Part shown: one piece after another, positions 20,916 through 31,715 of the stretch
Layout of the letters: each line of letters opens with the position of its first letter
Numbering within the stretch: position 1 is the first letter of the stretch
Origin: Spirochaetota bacterium
GTDB taxonomy: Bacteria; Spirochaetota; UBA4802; UBA5550
NCBI GenBank assembly: GCA_963664815.2
Contig: CAXXHB010000003.1
Coordinates: forward strand, 4,192,001-4,256,000
Direction of reading: 5' to 3'
DNA: 64,000 nucleotides
Notes under the pieces: generated by a model
What the model was told of the DNA's origin: nothing
Database searches by the model: none
Seen by the model: only the letters and a program-made list of their open reading frames with translations
Position numbers and translations under genes: made by a program

Positions 20916-21539
20916 ATATTTCTCCAGTTTCTGCTTTATAAATTTTTTATTGAATCAATCTTCTTAATAAAAACCGTGATAAAAACTCATTTTCCTTAAA
21001 ACATACCAGTGATTATTGAAATATAATAATTTTAGTCCAAAATAATCCATAGCAGATTGATACAAATCAGCAAACAAACAACCCTTTGTACATCTGAGGT
21101 TTAAAAAAAGTAACCAGGATTATGTTTTTGTAATATCAACAAATTATTTGTTTAAAAATATTGTTTTTCCAGACAAATAAATTATATTACTTGAATAATC
21201 AGCAATATTTTTTTATTGCAGTGTAATGTAAAAAATTGTTTGAAAATCCCTTAATCAATATTTATTGGTATATGATAAAGGTATAAGTAATTACAATAAT
21301 ACAATTAAGGTAGCCATTAGACCATAAATCAGCCAGGAAGCGATGTGTTGAGCCGTTCCATGCGGTTTTTTACTGTGACTATGACTTTTGTTCACATTCT
21401 TATTGGAATGGAATGTTTGTGGCCACTCTAAACTTTTTAAAATGTTAAGTGATGGATACTGAATAATAATTTATTTCATTGCTGAATTATTATTTTTCCA
21501 ATTCATATATATAATATTAAACATTCATCGGAGGATTAA

Positions 21540-22037
21540 ATGGCAACGCTTGGAGAACTAAATATAAATGAAACAACATCAAGCACCGTTGAACAATATG
21601 TTACCTTCCTGATTAATAACGAAACCTACGGGATTGAAGTATTGAGGGTCAAAGAAATTGTGGGGATGACGACAATTAGATCAGTTCCTAACAGCGAAAA
21701 ATATCTCAAGGGAGTTATGAATCTCCGGGGTATTGTTGTTCCTGTTATTGATTTAAGGATGAAATTCAATATCCCTGAAAAAGAATATGATTCTTTCACA
21801 GTTATTCTGATAATTGAAATGAAGGATTTTTTAGTAGGAGTAATTGTTGATTCCGTTTCAGATGTTATAGCAGCTCCCGGCCAGTTACAGGAAGTTCCTA
21901 ATTTTCATGTAAGTATAGACAGGGAGGTTATCAAAGGTGTATTCAATAAAGATGGTAATCTTATTATTATTCTTAACGCTGATATAATGCTTACTGTAAA
22001 AGACCTCGAAGTGCTTGCAGAAATAGAGCAGATATAA
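21540..22037 (+). CDS. cheW: Chemotaxis coupling protein CheW
   Basis: YGIEVLRVKEI, GVMNLRGIVVPVIDLR, GVIVDSVSDV; GGAGG RBS. Confidence 0.95.
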   Translation: MATLGELNINETTSSTVEQYVTFLINNETYGIEVLRVKEIVGMTTIRSVPNSEKYLKGVMNLRGIVVPVIDLRMKFNIPEKEYDSFTVILIIEMKDFLVGVIVDSVSDVIAAPGQLQEVPNFHVSIDREVIKGVFNKDGNLIIILNADIMLTVKDLEVLAEIEQI

Positions 22038-22242
22038 CTCAGCCAATCATCACCACTATCAGTGCAGTCATCATTTATTCAATGGCTGCATGAAAAGTCT
22101 TTCCCTGCTTTTTTAATCGAAATAAAAAAAATAAAATTCCAATATAAAAAAAGCCAAATCATCTCATCCTTGTTATTTTGTTATAGATGAAGAGTCTATA
22201 AAAAGCAAGACCTCTTATAAAACCATGCAAAGGGAGATTTTT

Positions 22243-24324
22243 ATGAATATTCATTCTTTCAAATTTAAACTGATGATCTATATCACTTCCATAGTTATTT
22301 TTGCAATAATAACTATCCAAGTAATAACTCTTGTGATGACATACAGCACAATAAATGATGAAATTAATGAGAAAATGCCTTTAAAAATTGACTCCATTAT
22401 AAATGAAATGAATATCAAAATGAATATGCACTCTTCCCTTGTCCTTTCATTAGCATCTCTCGTCCAGGGTAACCGAAACTCAATTTCAAGAAATATTTAC
22501 ATTAATGCTCTTAGAGAAATTGTAAAAGACAATAGCGCTAGTTTTGGTTTCGGTGTATGGTTTGAACCTTATAAATATAGTCCTGCAATTAAATATTTCG
22601 GGCCTTATGCCTATCGGGAAAAAGATAAAATAATTGTTACATCGGATTATGAAACTGCAGCTTATGATTTCCATAATCAGGTATGGTATAAAGCCGGTGT
22701 AGGTAAAAAAGAAAACTCAATTACTTGGTCTGCACCGTTTTATGATGACGCAACAAAAGTTACAATGGTTTCGGCAGTATCTCCATTTTTTGATGAAGGA
22801 AATAATTTTATAGGTATAGCCAGCGGTGATTTCGATATCACGGAATTACAGAATATAGTGCAATTAATTAAAGATGAAAAAACTGATCTAAACGCTTTTC
22901 TTATAAACTCCGATGGCACATTCTTGACTTTTCTTGATAAAAGTTTTATTATGAAAAAAAAAATAACTGAACACCCTGATAAGAATTTTGCTTCACTTGG
23001 AAATGAAATTATAAAACTAAAAAACGGAAATTCAAAAATTAAAATTAATGGTGACCAAAGATGGATTTATTTCCGTGAAATGCAAGAAACAGGATGGATA
23101 CTCTGTATAACAGTATCAGAAAACAAGCTTTATTCACCACTATACAAAATGATTGCAACCACTTTTTTTATAATCATAATATCAATAGCTCTCAGTCTTT
23201 TAATCAGTTTTTACATTTCAGGAAAAATTTCAAATCCAGTAAAAGCAATGAGTGAATTCTCAAATAAACTTGCCCAAGGAGATTTTACAGGAAGAGTAAC
23301 GGTAAACCAGAAAGATGAAATAGGAGAGCTTGCCAGCTCACTTAACTCTTCCGCAGATAACCTTGAAAGCTTGATTTCTACAATAATTATTGCGGCGGAA
23401 AATTTAAGCCAGGCAGTTGACCAGATATCTAAGGGGAATATGAGTCTTTCCCAGAGAACGTCCGAACAGGCTTCCGCATTGGAGGAAATTGCTGCAACGA
23501 TAGAAGAAAATACTGCTACAGTTGATCGCAACGCTGAAAACTCGAAAAGTGCACAGGCACTGACTAATGAAGGAGCAGAAAAATCTTCCATAGGGAGCGA
23601 CCAGGCTGTTATAGCTATTAAATCTATAAACGAAATTAATAACTCCAGTAAAAAAATATCCGAGATAATTACAGTCATTAACGAAATTGCATTCCAGACA
23701 AATCTCCTTGCGCTGAATGCAGCTGTCGAAGCAGCCCGCGCCGGAGAACAGGGAAGAGGATTTGCAGTTGTTGCAGGAGAAGTCAGAAATCTAGCTCAGC
23801 GCTCAGGGAGTGCCGCAAAAGAAATTGAAATACTGATTAAAGAATCTGTAGAGAAAGTAGAGAAGGGAACGGAGGTTGTTGTTCAATCCGGCGAATTTCT
23901 GAAGGAGATTGCAACTTCTGCGAAAAAGACAGCAATGATTATATCTGAAATTGCCGCTGCTAGCGATGAACAACGGATGGGGATGGATCAGATAAACAAA
24001 GCCATAATTGAACTTGACTCTACAACCCAACAGAACTCGGCATTGGTTGAGGAAACTGCCTCGGCAAGTGAAGAAATGGCTAGCCAGACACAGGAGATGC
24101 TTGCTCTGATCAGCAGGTTTAAAGTCAGGAAAATGGAAGCTAAATCAAAAAGTGAAACAGTAAAAAAGAATAATGTTCAAATGAACAAGTCCTCAAAGAA
24201 TGAGACAGTATCTCGAAAAAACAAATCCGCAGAAAAGAAACCAGAAACTGAACTTTCTAAAAAGCAGATTCAACCCTCTGGAATGGATGATTTGATGAGC
24301 GAAGACGGATTTGACAAATTTTAA
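22243..24324 (+). CDS. Methyl-accepting chemotaxis protein (dCache_1 + HAMP + signalling domain)
   Basis: TM-Cache (WY...WSAPFYD)-TM, HAMP (DEIGEL), [26 protein letters not shown]; ATG at 22243 follows AGGGAG. Confidence 0.95.
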   Translation: MNIHSFKFKLMIYITSIVIFAIITIQVITLVMTYSTINDEINEKMPLKIDSIINEMNIKMNMHSSLVLSLASLVQGNRNSISRNIYINALREIVKDNSASFGFGVWFEPYKYSPAIKYFGPYAYREKDKIIVTSDYETAAYDFHNQVWYKAGVGKKENSITWSAPFYDDATKVTMVSAVSPFFDEGNNFIGIASGDFDITELQNIVQLIKDEKTDLNAFLINSDGTFLTFLDKSFIMKKKITEHPDKNFASLGNEIIKLKNGNSKIKINGDQRWIYFREMQETGWILCITVSENKLYSPLYKMIATTFFIIIISIALSLLISFYISGKISNPVKAMSEFSNKLAQGDFTGRVTVNQKDEIGELASSLNSSADNLESLISTIIIAAENLSQAVDQISKGNMSLSQRTSEQASALEEIAATIEENTATVDRNAENSKSAQALTNEGAEKSSIGSDQAVIAIKSINEINNSSKKISEIITVINEIAFQTNLLALNAAVEAARAGEQGRGFAVVAGEVRNLAQRSGSAAKEIEILIKESVEKVEKGTEVVVQSGEFLKEIATSAKKTAMIISEIAAASDEQRMGMDQINKAIIELDSTTQQNSALVEETASASEEMASQTQEMLALISRFKVRKMEAKSKSETVKKNNVQMNKSSKNETVSRKNKSAEKKPETELSKKQIQPSGMDDLMSEDGFDKF

Positions 24325-24361
24325 CTGTTACAGATTTATAAGTAAATCATTAAAGTACAGG

Positions 24362-25111
24362 TTATATATTTAAAACTCTCCGCGGATGAGTATAAACATT
24401 AAAATTCTCCCCCCTGAGATATCCGATAAGAGTGATATCTGACTGAAGCGCCACTTCTATTGCGGCGCTTGTGGGAGCTGAAACCCCGGCAACAATAACT
24501 GCTCCCGCCCTGAAACTTTTTCTAATCATCTCAAAACTTATACGTGAAGAAAGGATTATTAGAAATATTTTCCCTGACTTACCGGTTGCGATAGCACTCC
24601 CCATACACTTATCCAATGCGTTGTGCCTGCCAACATCTTCCGCAAAAGAGATAAGGGTCCCGTCTGAATCATAAAATGCAACTGCATGGACTCCTCCTGT
24701 TTTATCAAAAACCTTCTGCATTTTAAAAAACCCGTTTTGCAGATAAAAAAGTTTATTAATATCCAGTTCACCATCACCTTGAATACACGGCCGAATAAGA
24801 TCATCGGAGTTCAGACTCCCTGATGATGCGAAAATCTTTTTAAACCCCGGAAATGTTTTCTCCTTTATTTTAAACAGAACTCTATTTTCAACAGTTTCAT
24901 ATTCTTCAATTTCAGTGATGGATTGGATTATTCCTTCGCTATATAAAATACCTGCAGCCAATTCATAATCCATTCCCGGCATTCTCATGCAAAAAAATTT
25001 TTTTTCGCCATTAATAAATATCTCAAGAGGTTCTTCTTTTACTATTGTATCGACAAGAGTTTTAGATTTACCATCTTTATATTTTACAATCTGGATTTCC
25101 AGCGTGTCCAT
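24362..25111 (-). CDS. fdhD: Formate dehydrogenase accessory sulfurtransferase FdhD-like
   Basis: EEPLEI, TGGVHA, EDVGRHNALDK, SSRISFEM, SAPTS. Confidence 0.9.
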   Translation of the reverse strand: MDTLEIQIVKYKDGKSKTLVDTIVKEEPLEIFINGEKKFFCMRMPGMDYELAAGILYSEGIIQSITEIEEYETVENRVLFKIKEKTFPGFKKIFASSGSLNSDDLIRPCIQGDGELDINKLFYLQNGFFKMQKVFDKTGGVHAVAFYDSDGTLISFAEDVGRHNALDKCMGSAIATGKSGKIFLIILSSRISFEMIRKSFRAGAVIVAGVSAPTSAAIEVALQSDITLIGYLRGENFNVYTHPRRVLNI

Positions 25112-25126
25112 TATTGCTTCTTCCCT

Positions 25127-26080
25127 TTATTCGCTGATAATGATTTTTCGTAATCCCTTCAATAAAAGATCATCATCTCTATATATAGTATAATGTGAGA
25201 AAAATTCTTTTAATTTTTCTTTAAGTAATGGTTTCTGATTAACTCCCATTTCTGTTGTCTCAATATAATCACTAAAGATAGCAAGTTGTTTTTTATCTAT
25301 ATTACATGACCCCTCTTTATAATAAAAATAAAGAATAAAAAATAAAGGTTCAAATATTGAAGCTGCTCTTTCAAGTTTTAGAATAACCGGATCGGGAATA
25401 TTCATACACGCGGTAAAATAATCATACGAAATAAACTGATAAATTTTTGCCGGTATAGAAAAAATATCGCTGCCTGTCTTCACGCTGAAATCTATTGATA
25501 TTTCAACATTACTGAATTCATCAAAAAATACAGCAGTCGGTGTTATTTTTACATTACTGGAATCTAACTTTAAGTGTGATTTAAGCCTTAAGGAATCGAG
25601 AACAGAAGGATCACTCTCTTTCAAAACAGGTACCAGTCGAGACCTGAACCTTATTTTATCTGTATTATACTGAGGGAAAGTTCTGTTGTCTCCTTTCCCC
25701 GCCATCCTCCCATCACTTCCGGAAAGTTTAAAATCGAATCGCAGGATATGAACAAAATCTATAAGTTTTCCCTGGACTGGTTTTATAAAATGCAGCGAGT
25801 GCTGTTCTGATAATGGCTTCCTTTTTTCAAGCAGAGTATGCCCCCGCATATATTCGGGGATTACTGTAATTAAATTCCTGACAATTTCAATGCCGGTCAT
25901 ATAATCAAGTTCACTTACCCGAATAGGTGGAACCGGTATTTCATCTTTAAGGTGGTAAAATTCCATAAGGGTTTCATCAAGAAAAATACCTTCTATCTGA
26001 TTCCTGTCATTGTCGCCTATATGACTTACCAAAGAGTTAATGGTATTAACAGGTAATCCGTTCAAACTGTTTATCATCAT
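25127..26080 (-). CDS. Hypothetical cytoplasmic protein
   Basis: 317-aa ORF with RBS, co-oriented with and ending 15 nt before fdhD; no motif recognised. Confidence 0.75.
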   Translation of the reverse strand: MMINSLNGLPVNTINSLVSHIGDNDRNQIEGIFLDETLMEFYHLKDEIPVPPIRVSELDYMTGIEIVRNLITVIPEYMRGHTLLEKRKPLSEQHSLHFIKPVQGKLIDFVHILRFDFKLSGSDGRMAGKGDNRTFPQYNTDKIRFRSRLVPVLKESDPSVLDSLRLKSHLKLDSSNVKITPTAVFFDEFSNVEISIDFSVKTGSDIFSIPAKIYQFISYDYFTACMNIPDPVILKLERAASIFEPLFFILYFYYKEGSCNIDKKQLAIFSDYIETTEMGVNQKPLLKEKLKEFFSHYTIYRDDDLLLKGLRKIIISE

Positions 26081-26238
26081 ATAAATACCCTAACATATTA
26101 TTAATCGCCTGACAAGTGGTTGTAAATACTTTTTATTTTATGTAAACAAAAAATGAAAAAATATTATTATCCATTGACAAAATGGTTGAAGATATATATC
26201 TATATAATTGAATTAAATCCCGAAATAGAGATTATAGT

Positions 26239-26724
26239 ATGAGTGAAACATTAATTAATGTAGGAGTCGCACAGGTAAAGATGTCAAAAGAACCCACGGT
26301 TCTGCGCACAATTCTTGGAAGCTGTGTTGGGATCTGCATATATGACAGAATAAAAAAAATCGGGGGACTTGCCCACGTACTGCTCCCCCTTAACACTGCA
26401 AATGGAGCCAATCCGGAAAAATACGCGGATACAGCTATACCTCTTCTAGTCCAGATGCTTATTAAAGAGGGCGCAAAAAAAGAATTCATGTCGGCTAAAA
26501 TCTCAGGCGGTGCTTCGATGTTTAAATTTGAATCAAACGTTACTCTTGGTCAAATTGGCGACAGAAATATTGAAGAAACAAAAAAAATTCTTGAGAAACT
26601 TCAAATTCCGATTCTTGAGGAGGATACGGGTGGAAATGCCGGTCGCGTCATAGACTTTTATCTGATGGACGGCCATCTGAAGGTTAAGGCATCTGGTCAG
26701 GAAAAAATTTATTATAAGGTTTGA
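26239..26724 (+). CDS. cheD: Chemoreceptor glutamine deamidase CheD
   Basis: TILGSCVG, GGLAHVLLP, KYADTA, GGASMF, IGDRN, EDTGG..GR. Confidence 0.95.
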   Translation: MSETLINVGVAQVKMSKEPTVLRTILGSCVGICIYDRIKKIGGLAHVLLPLNTANGANPEKYADTAIPLLVQMLIKEGAKKEFMSAKISGGASMFKFESNVTLGQIGDRNIEETKKILEKLQIPILEEDTGGNAGRVIDFYLMDGHLKVKASGQEKIYYKV

Positions 26725-26742
26725 TATATCCGGGGTATTTAC

Positions 26743-27603
26743 ATGCACGCACAGATAAAACAGAGAATTGAAAGCACAATCAATAATATAGCAGCTCTTC
26801 CGACTATGCCGGAAATCGCCACTAAAATTCTTAACATGGTAAACAATCCCGATGTAGATTTTAAGAATGTCGCGGAGGAAATATCAAAAGATCAGTCCAT
26901 GACCACTAATATTCTAAAACTCTGCAATTCTGCTTATTTCAGCAGAGGAAAAGAGATCACATCGATAGACAGAGCAGTTGTTACCTTAGGGATTAAAGAA
27001 ATTACAAGTATAGTTATGGTAATAGCAGCCAAACCTATACTAGATAAATTTGTAATCGGTTATGATCTTGGGAAAGGGGAACTATGGAAGCAGGGACTTA
27101 TGGTTGCTAACCTTGCAAAAAAAATTGCAGTGCAGAAAAACAGGAAAGATATAGCCGATGTTGTTTTTACCGGAGGAATAATTCATAACGTTGGTAAAAC
27201 AGTAATAGCAATTTATGTTCAAAATACATACAATGATATCATAAATGAAGTAAAAACAAAAAATATTACATTCAATGACGCGGAAAGAGAAATCATGGGA
27301 TACAGCCATCAGGAGATTAGTGAAAAGATTCTCGAGAAATGGAAATTCCCTGCGGTACTTAAAGCCATTGTAAGATATTATTCAGAGCCAGAAAACGCAC
27401 CCGAAGAATATAGAGCTGAAGTGTCAGCAGTTCATATTGCAAACACTATAAGTATTATGGCTGGAATCGGCATTGGAAGTGATGGGCTCTATCACCAACT
27501 CAGCAATGCCGCACTTGAGACTTTAAAAATTTCAAATACCGAGCTTGAAGAAATATTTTCAAAGATTCCAGAGATGAGCAAACAACTTCAGGATCTAGCT
27601 TAA
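26743..27603 (+). CDS. HDOD-domain protein
   Basis: LPTMP, DQSMT..ILKLCNSAYF, AVVTLG, HNVGK, EREIMGYSH, WKFP. Confidence 0.92.
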   Translation: MHAQIKQRIESTINNIAALPTMPEIATKILNMVNNPDVDFKNVAEEISKDQSMTTNILKLCNSAYFSRGKEITSIDRAVVTLGIKEITSIVMVIAAKPILDKFVIGYDLGKGELWKQGLMVANLAKKIAVQKNRKDIADVVFTGGIIHNVGKTVIAIYVQNTYNDIINEVKTKNITFNDAEREIMGYSHQEISEKILEKWKFPAVLKAIVRYYSEPENAPEEYRAEVSAVHIANTISIMAGIGIGSDGLYHQLSNAALETLKISNTELEEIFSKIPEMSKQLQDLA

Positions 27604-27753
27604 TCTTTTGGTTTCACATATTACGGCAGTACCAGTTCAAGAATAGTGGGGAATTTTAATTAATACCAGCATTGCAACAGTTAAAGCTGTTTAAATGAAG
27701 CGTATTTCCAATCATCGTGATTCGTCTCCGCTTAACAACAAGTTTAAATTTTA

Positions 27754-28212
27754 TTACACGTATTTTTTTATTTCTCTCTGCATATCGCGTTTCATATCCC
27801 TGTCCTGAATTGTTCTTCGTTTATCATGAACATTTTTTCCTTTTGCTAGACCAAGTTCCATTTTAACCTTACCGTTTTTAATATACATTTTCAATGGAAC
27901 CAGAGTATAACCACGTTCGTTTAGTTTACCTATAAGTTTCCTAATCTCATATTTATGAAGGAGAAGTTTTCTTTCGCGCAGAGGATCATGATTAAAAAAA
28001 TTCCCCATTTCATAAAGAGAGACGTTCATTCCCACAAGGAATACCTCCCCCTTGTAAATTTTAGCGTAAGATTCCTGTATACTAACCTTTTTCTGCCTGA
28101 TAGATTTAACTTCAGTTCCTTTTAACACAATTCCCGCTTCAAATGTATCAAGGATTTCATACTCAAACCTGGCCTTTTTATTTCTCAGTATTTCAATAAT
28201 ATTATCAGACAT
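27754..28212 (-). CDS. smpB: SsrA-binding protein
   Basis: NKKARFEY, EAGIVLKGTEVKS, RKLLLHK, AKGK..HDKR; the ATG at 28212 matches the usual family length. Confidence 0.96.
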   Translation of the reverse strand: MSDNIIEILRNKKARFEYEILDTFEAGIVLKGTEVKSIRQKKVSIQESYAKIYKGEVFLVGMNVSLYEMGNFFNHDPLRERKLLLHKYEIRKLIGKLNERGYTLVPLKMYIKNGKVKMELGLAKGKNVHDKRRTIQDRDMKRDMQREIKKYV

Positions 28213-28431
28213 AAAAAGTCTCCATATAAAAATAACACTCTTCATTTAACTTCATTAGCAGGAATCAATACTATAGTAATAAAAAATGTGCATTAGTTAC
28301 AAGTGTCAAATGCTTATTTTTAATAATCAAGATAAATCATTCTGAACGATCCCCTGCATCCGGTGTGGCAAGTATTGTTTTGCCACCTCCAGGTGAGGGG
28401 AAGAAATTGGAAATGCTGGATTGTATATTGT

Positions 28432-30303
28432 TTATATTGCCTTATTCAATATTTTATTCATTCTTGCCACAAAAGCATTGGGGCTTTTAAGTTCAATACC
28501 TTCTACAAGCATCGCCTGCTCAAGAAGAAGAAAACTTATATCCTCAATAAGGGCCTCATTATCTGTATTCTCAAGCTTTTTAATTATTTCATGGTCAGGA
28601 TTTATTTCCAGCACCGGTTTAAATTCAGGAAGATTATCCTGTCCCATTGCCTTTAATAAATGCTGCATCTGAACAGTTGGATCATTTTCATCCGCAACTA
28701 TGCAGGACGGAGAATCGCTTAATCTGGTGCTTGCTATTACATCTTTTACGTTATCGCCAAGTTTCTCTTTAATTTTTTTAACGAGAGGTTCAATTTTCTT
28801 TTCTCTCTCTTTATCATCTTCACTTTTAAGATCATCTGCAGCATCGCTTCTGTTTACAGATTTAAGTTCAAAATCCTTATATTTAGGAATTGTTGTGATT
28901 ACGATTTCATCAATTTCATCAGAAAGAATTAAAACTTCAATATTCCTGTTTCTGTACATTTCAAGGAGCGGAGAATTCCTCAGAACTGCATCCTTCCCAC
29001 CGGTTATATAGAAGATAGAGTTCTGATCAGGGGCCATTCGTTCCACATACTCCGAAAGTGTTGTAAACTCATCACCACGGGTGGACTTGTACATCACAAG
29101 TTCAACAAGCTTATCTTTATTTTCATAATCCTGATATAGACCTTCTTTTACCGGAATACCGAACTCTTTCCAGAACTTATTATATTTATCCCTGTTGCCG
29201 GTTTTAAGACTTTCAAGTTCAGATAATATTTTTTTTACTGATGAAGATCGTATTTTTGCCATTACCTTGTTCTGCTGAAGAATTTCACGACTGACATTGA
29301 GAGGGAGGTCTTCTGAATCTATAATCCCCCTGACAAAACGTAGATATGTAGGCATAAGGTCTTTATCATCATCCGTAATGAATACACGTTTAACATAAAG
29401 CTTTACACCCCCTTTATAATCTGCCCGAAAAAGGTCGAGAGGGGCTTTAGAGGGGATATAAAAAAGCGTAGAATAATCGAGAGTTCCCTCTGCCTGAGTA
29501 TGCATGTAAAGCATTGGGTCTTCCACGTCATAAGAAATCTGCCTATAGAACTCGTGGTAATCCTCTTCTTTAAGCTCACTCTTGGAACGTTTCCAGATTG
29601 CTGCCGCAGAATTAACCTGTTCCACCTTATTTTCTTTTATCTCTTTCCTGCTGTCGTCTTCACCTTCATATTTTATATCCTCAAAATGTAGATAAATAGG
29701 GAACGGCACATGATTTGAATACTTTCTTATTATCCCCTGGATTGACCACCTGTTGGCATACTCCTCGCCTTCTGTATTGAGAAAAAGTTTTACCGTTGTT
29801 CCCTGTGTATCTCTATCTGCTTTTTCGATACTGTATTCTTCTTTTCCGTCACTGATCCATTTATACGCGCCAGTTTCTCCTGCTTTCCTTGATATAACTT
29901 CGACTCTATCAGCCACCATAAATCCGGAATAAAAACCTACACCAAACTGCCCTATGAGATTTGAATCCCTTTTTTCATCACCTGTCATGCTGTGAACAAA
30001 ACTCCGGGTCCCGGAACGGGCTATTGTTCCAAGATTTTCATCAAGTTCCTGTTCATTCATTCCTATTCCGGTATCGGATAAAGTAAGTGTTTTTTCATTA
30101 GGATCAAAAGAGATATCTACCCTTGGTTCAAAATCTATCCCCTTATAATTCTCATCAGTAAGTGAAAGAAATTTCAGTTTATCCAGTGCATCTGATGAAT
30201 TTGAAATAAGTTCCCGAAGAAATATCTCCTTGTGGGAATAAAGTGAATGAATAATCAAATGTAAAAGCCTGTTAACCTCTGTTTGAAACTGTTTTTTACT
30301 CAT
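28432..30303 (-). CDS. htpG: Molecular chaperone HtpG (Hsp90)
   Basis: FQTEV, EIFLRELISNSSDA, DTGIGM, IGQFGVGFYS, DLPLNVSRE, LEINPDH. Confidence 0.98.
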   Translation of the reverse strand: MSKKQFQTEVNRLLHLIIHSLYSHKEIFLRELISNSSDALDKLKFLSLTDENYKGIDFEPRVDISFDPNEKTLTLSDTGIGMNEQELDENLGTIARSGTRSFVHSMTGDEKRDSNLIGQFGVGFYSGFMVADRVEVISRKAGETGAYKWISDGKEEYSIEKADRDTQGTTVKLFLNTEGEEYANRWSIQGIIRKYSNHVPFPIYLHFEDIKYEGEDDSRKEIKENKVEQVNSAAAIWKRSKSELKEEDYHEFYRQISYDVEDPMLYMHTQAEGTLDYSTLFYIPSKAPLDLFRADYKGGVKLYVKRVFITDDDKDLMPTYLRFVRGIIDSEDLPLNVSREILQQNKVMAKIRSSSVKKILSELESLKTGNRDKYNKFWKEFGIPVKEGLYQDYENKDKLVELVMYKSTRGDEFTTLSEYVERMAPDQNSIFYITGGKDAVLRNSPLLEMYRNRNIEVLILSDEIDEIVITTIPKYKDFELKSVNRSDAADDLKSEDDKEREKKIEPLVKKIKEKLGDNVKDVIASTRLSDSPSCIVADENDPTVQMQHLLKAMGQDNLPEFKPVLEINPDHEIIKKLENTDNEALIEDISFLLLEQAMLVEGIELKSPNAFVARMNKILNKAI

Positions 30304-30474
30304 TGACTAAACTCCTTTTTATAAATTAATAAATAACCCGTCATACAAAAACGGGTAAATAGATTCTTTAATATTTCATTCCAGAAAATATACATCAAAA
30401 AAATCAAGAAAAAAATTCTAATTCACTATGTACTTTTTTATATTTTCATACAGAGAAAAAAAATAACCGGATAA

Positions 30475-30918
30475 TCAGTCTTCCCCTGAGAAATAAATCA
30501 TAACTGACACAGCAATATAAATCAAGGGTGAAATCAGGTTAAAGAAAAAACCGATGCTCAGAACATAGGGAGCATGTGAAATTGAGTGTGTCGCAAAAAT
30601 AACAAGAACATATACAAAATACCAGAGATTGCAAATTATTCTGACACCCAGATTCACCGGTCCGGTAAAAAATGTTGTGGCAATCATTATCACTACAATC
30701 ATTATAAGGTAAACACCAATTGGATTATTAATACCAAACCATGATTCAAAGATATAGTATTTTGCAATTGGAAGAGTAACCGCCAGAAAAGAAATCAAAG
30801 TATTGGATACAATAATTTTATTAAGCAGTGAAAGTCCCATAAACCAATCAACGACGGTTCTGATAATGTTAGCGCAAAATGAACCGATACTGTACAATAA
30901 TTCTTTTAATGCTTCCAT
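30475..30918 (-). CDS. Hypothetical 4-TM membrane protein
   Basis: Four hydrophobic segments; start overlaps the end of the upstream HAD gene. Confidence 0.7.
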   Translation of the reverse strand: MEALKELLYSIGSFCANIIRTVVDWFMGLSLLNKIIVSNTLISFLAVTLPIAKYYIFESWFGINNPIGVYLIMIVVIMIATTFFTGPVNLGVRIICNLWYFVYVLVIFATHSISHAPYVLSIGFFFNLISPLIYIAVSVMIYFSGED

Positions 30919-31715
30919 TTTTTACCTGCAATTATATTTAAAAAATCATTTACGGCTTCGGTAAATCCTGCTGGACCTGCTTTATTCATAATTTTCCCTG
31001 CTGCATAATTCATAAAGCTTCCATCCGTTTTCCTTACAACATATGCATAATCAACAGAATCAAGCATCGGAATGTCATTCAGACTGTCACCCACAGCAGC
31101 TGTCATAATCTCATCATTAAAATTATCAGTATAAAACTCAATTATTTTTTTTACCGCTTCACCCTTTCCCGAATCATAAGGAATAAGATGATTAAACCTT
31201 TCACCTTTTGTAATGCAAAGACTATGCTTTTTTAAGAGTCTATTCAGATAAAAAATTTCTGAATCAGTAAAGATATTTGTCTTATCTGTGAGAAAAGGGA
31301 GTGTAGTAATTCTTTTTTTTGAAAGTGCTGCACCTTGCAGATCAAGCCCTGTATACTCTGCTATTTCACTCTCAGGCAAAGAATTCATCCCCTTCAAACT
31401 TCTTCCAGATATTCGCTCCAGTTCAGGAAGAAATTTGATAAGCTCCTCAATTCCCGGACCTTTTAATGTCAGGTTAAAATTCCATTCATCATCCAATGGA
31501 TATGCTATTCCAGCACCATTTTCAAAGACAAACGGATAACAGAGATTAAGTTCTTTCATCATAAGAATCATCTCATCAAATGTCTTGCTTGATACAGCAA
31601 TCAGAGGGATGGACTTTTTTTTAAGAAGAGCTATTGCTTTCAGCGACAGATCGTACCTGTAATTGTTATGATCAATCAGTGTTCCATCAACATCTGTAAA
31701 AAAAATATATTTCAC
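30906..31715 (-). CDS. HAD-IIB hydrolase, mannosyl-3-phosphoglycerate phosphatase-like
   Basis: FTDVDGTL, SSKT, FENGA, KGEAV, GDSLNDIPML; GTG start overlaps the upstream TGA stop. Confidence 0.85.
   Translation of the reverse strand: MKYIFFTDVDGTLIDHNNYRYDLSLKAIALLKKKSIPLIAVSSKTFDEMILMMKELNLCYPFVFENGAGIAYPLDDEWNFNLTLKGPGIEELIKFLPELERISGRSLKGMNSLPESEIAEYTGLDLQGAALSKKRITTLPFLTDKTNIFTDSEIFYLNRLLKKHSLCITKGERFNHLIPYDSGKGEAVKKIIEFYTDNFNDEIMTAAVGDSLNDIPMLDSVDYAYVVRKTDGSFMNYAAGKIMNKAGPAGFTEAVNDFLNIIAGKKWKH

Noticed and set aside
27604-27753. tmRNA next to smpB
   Set aside because: The gap is only 150 nt and has no GGGG 5' end or TTCGA...CCACCA 3' end.
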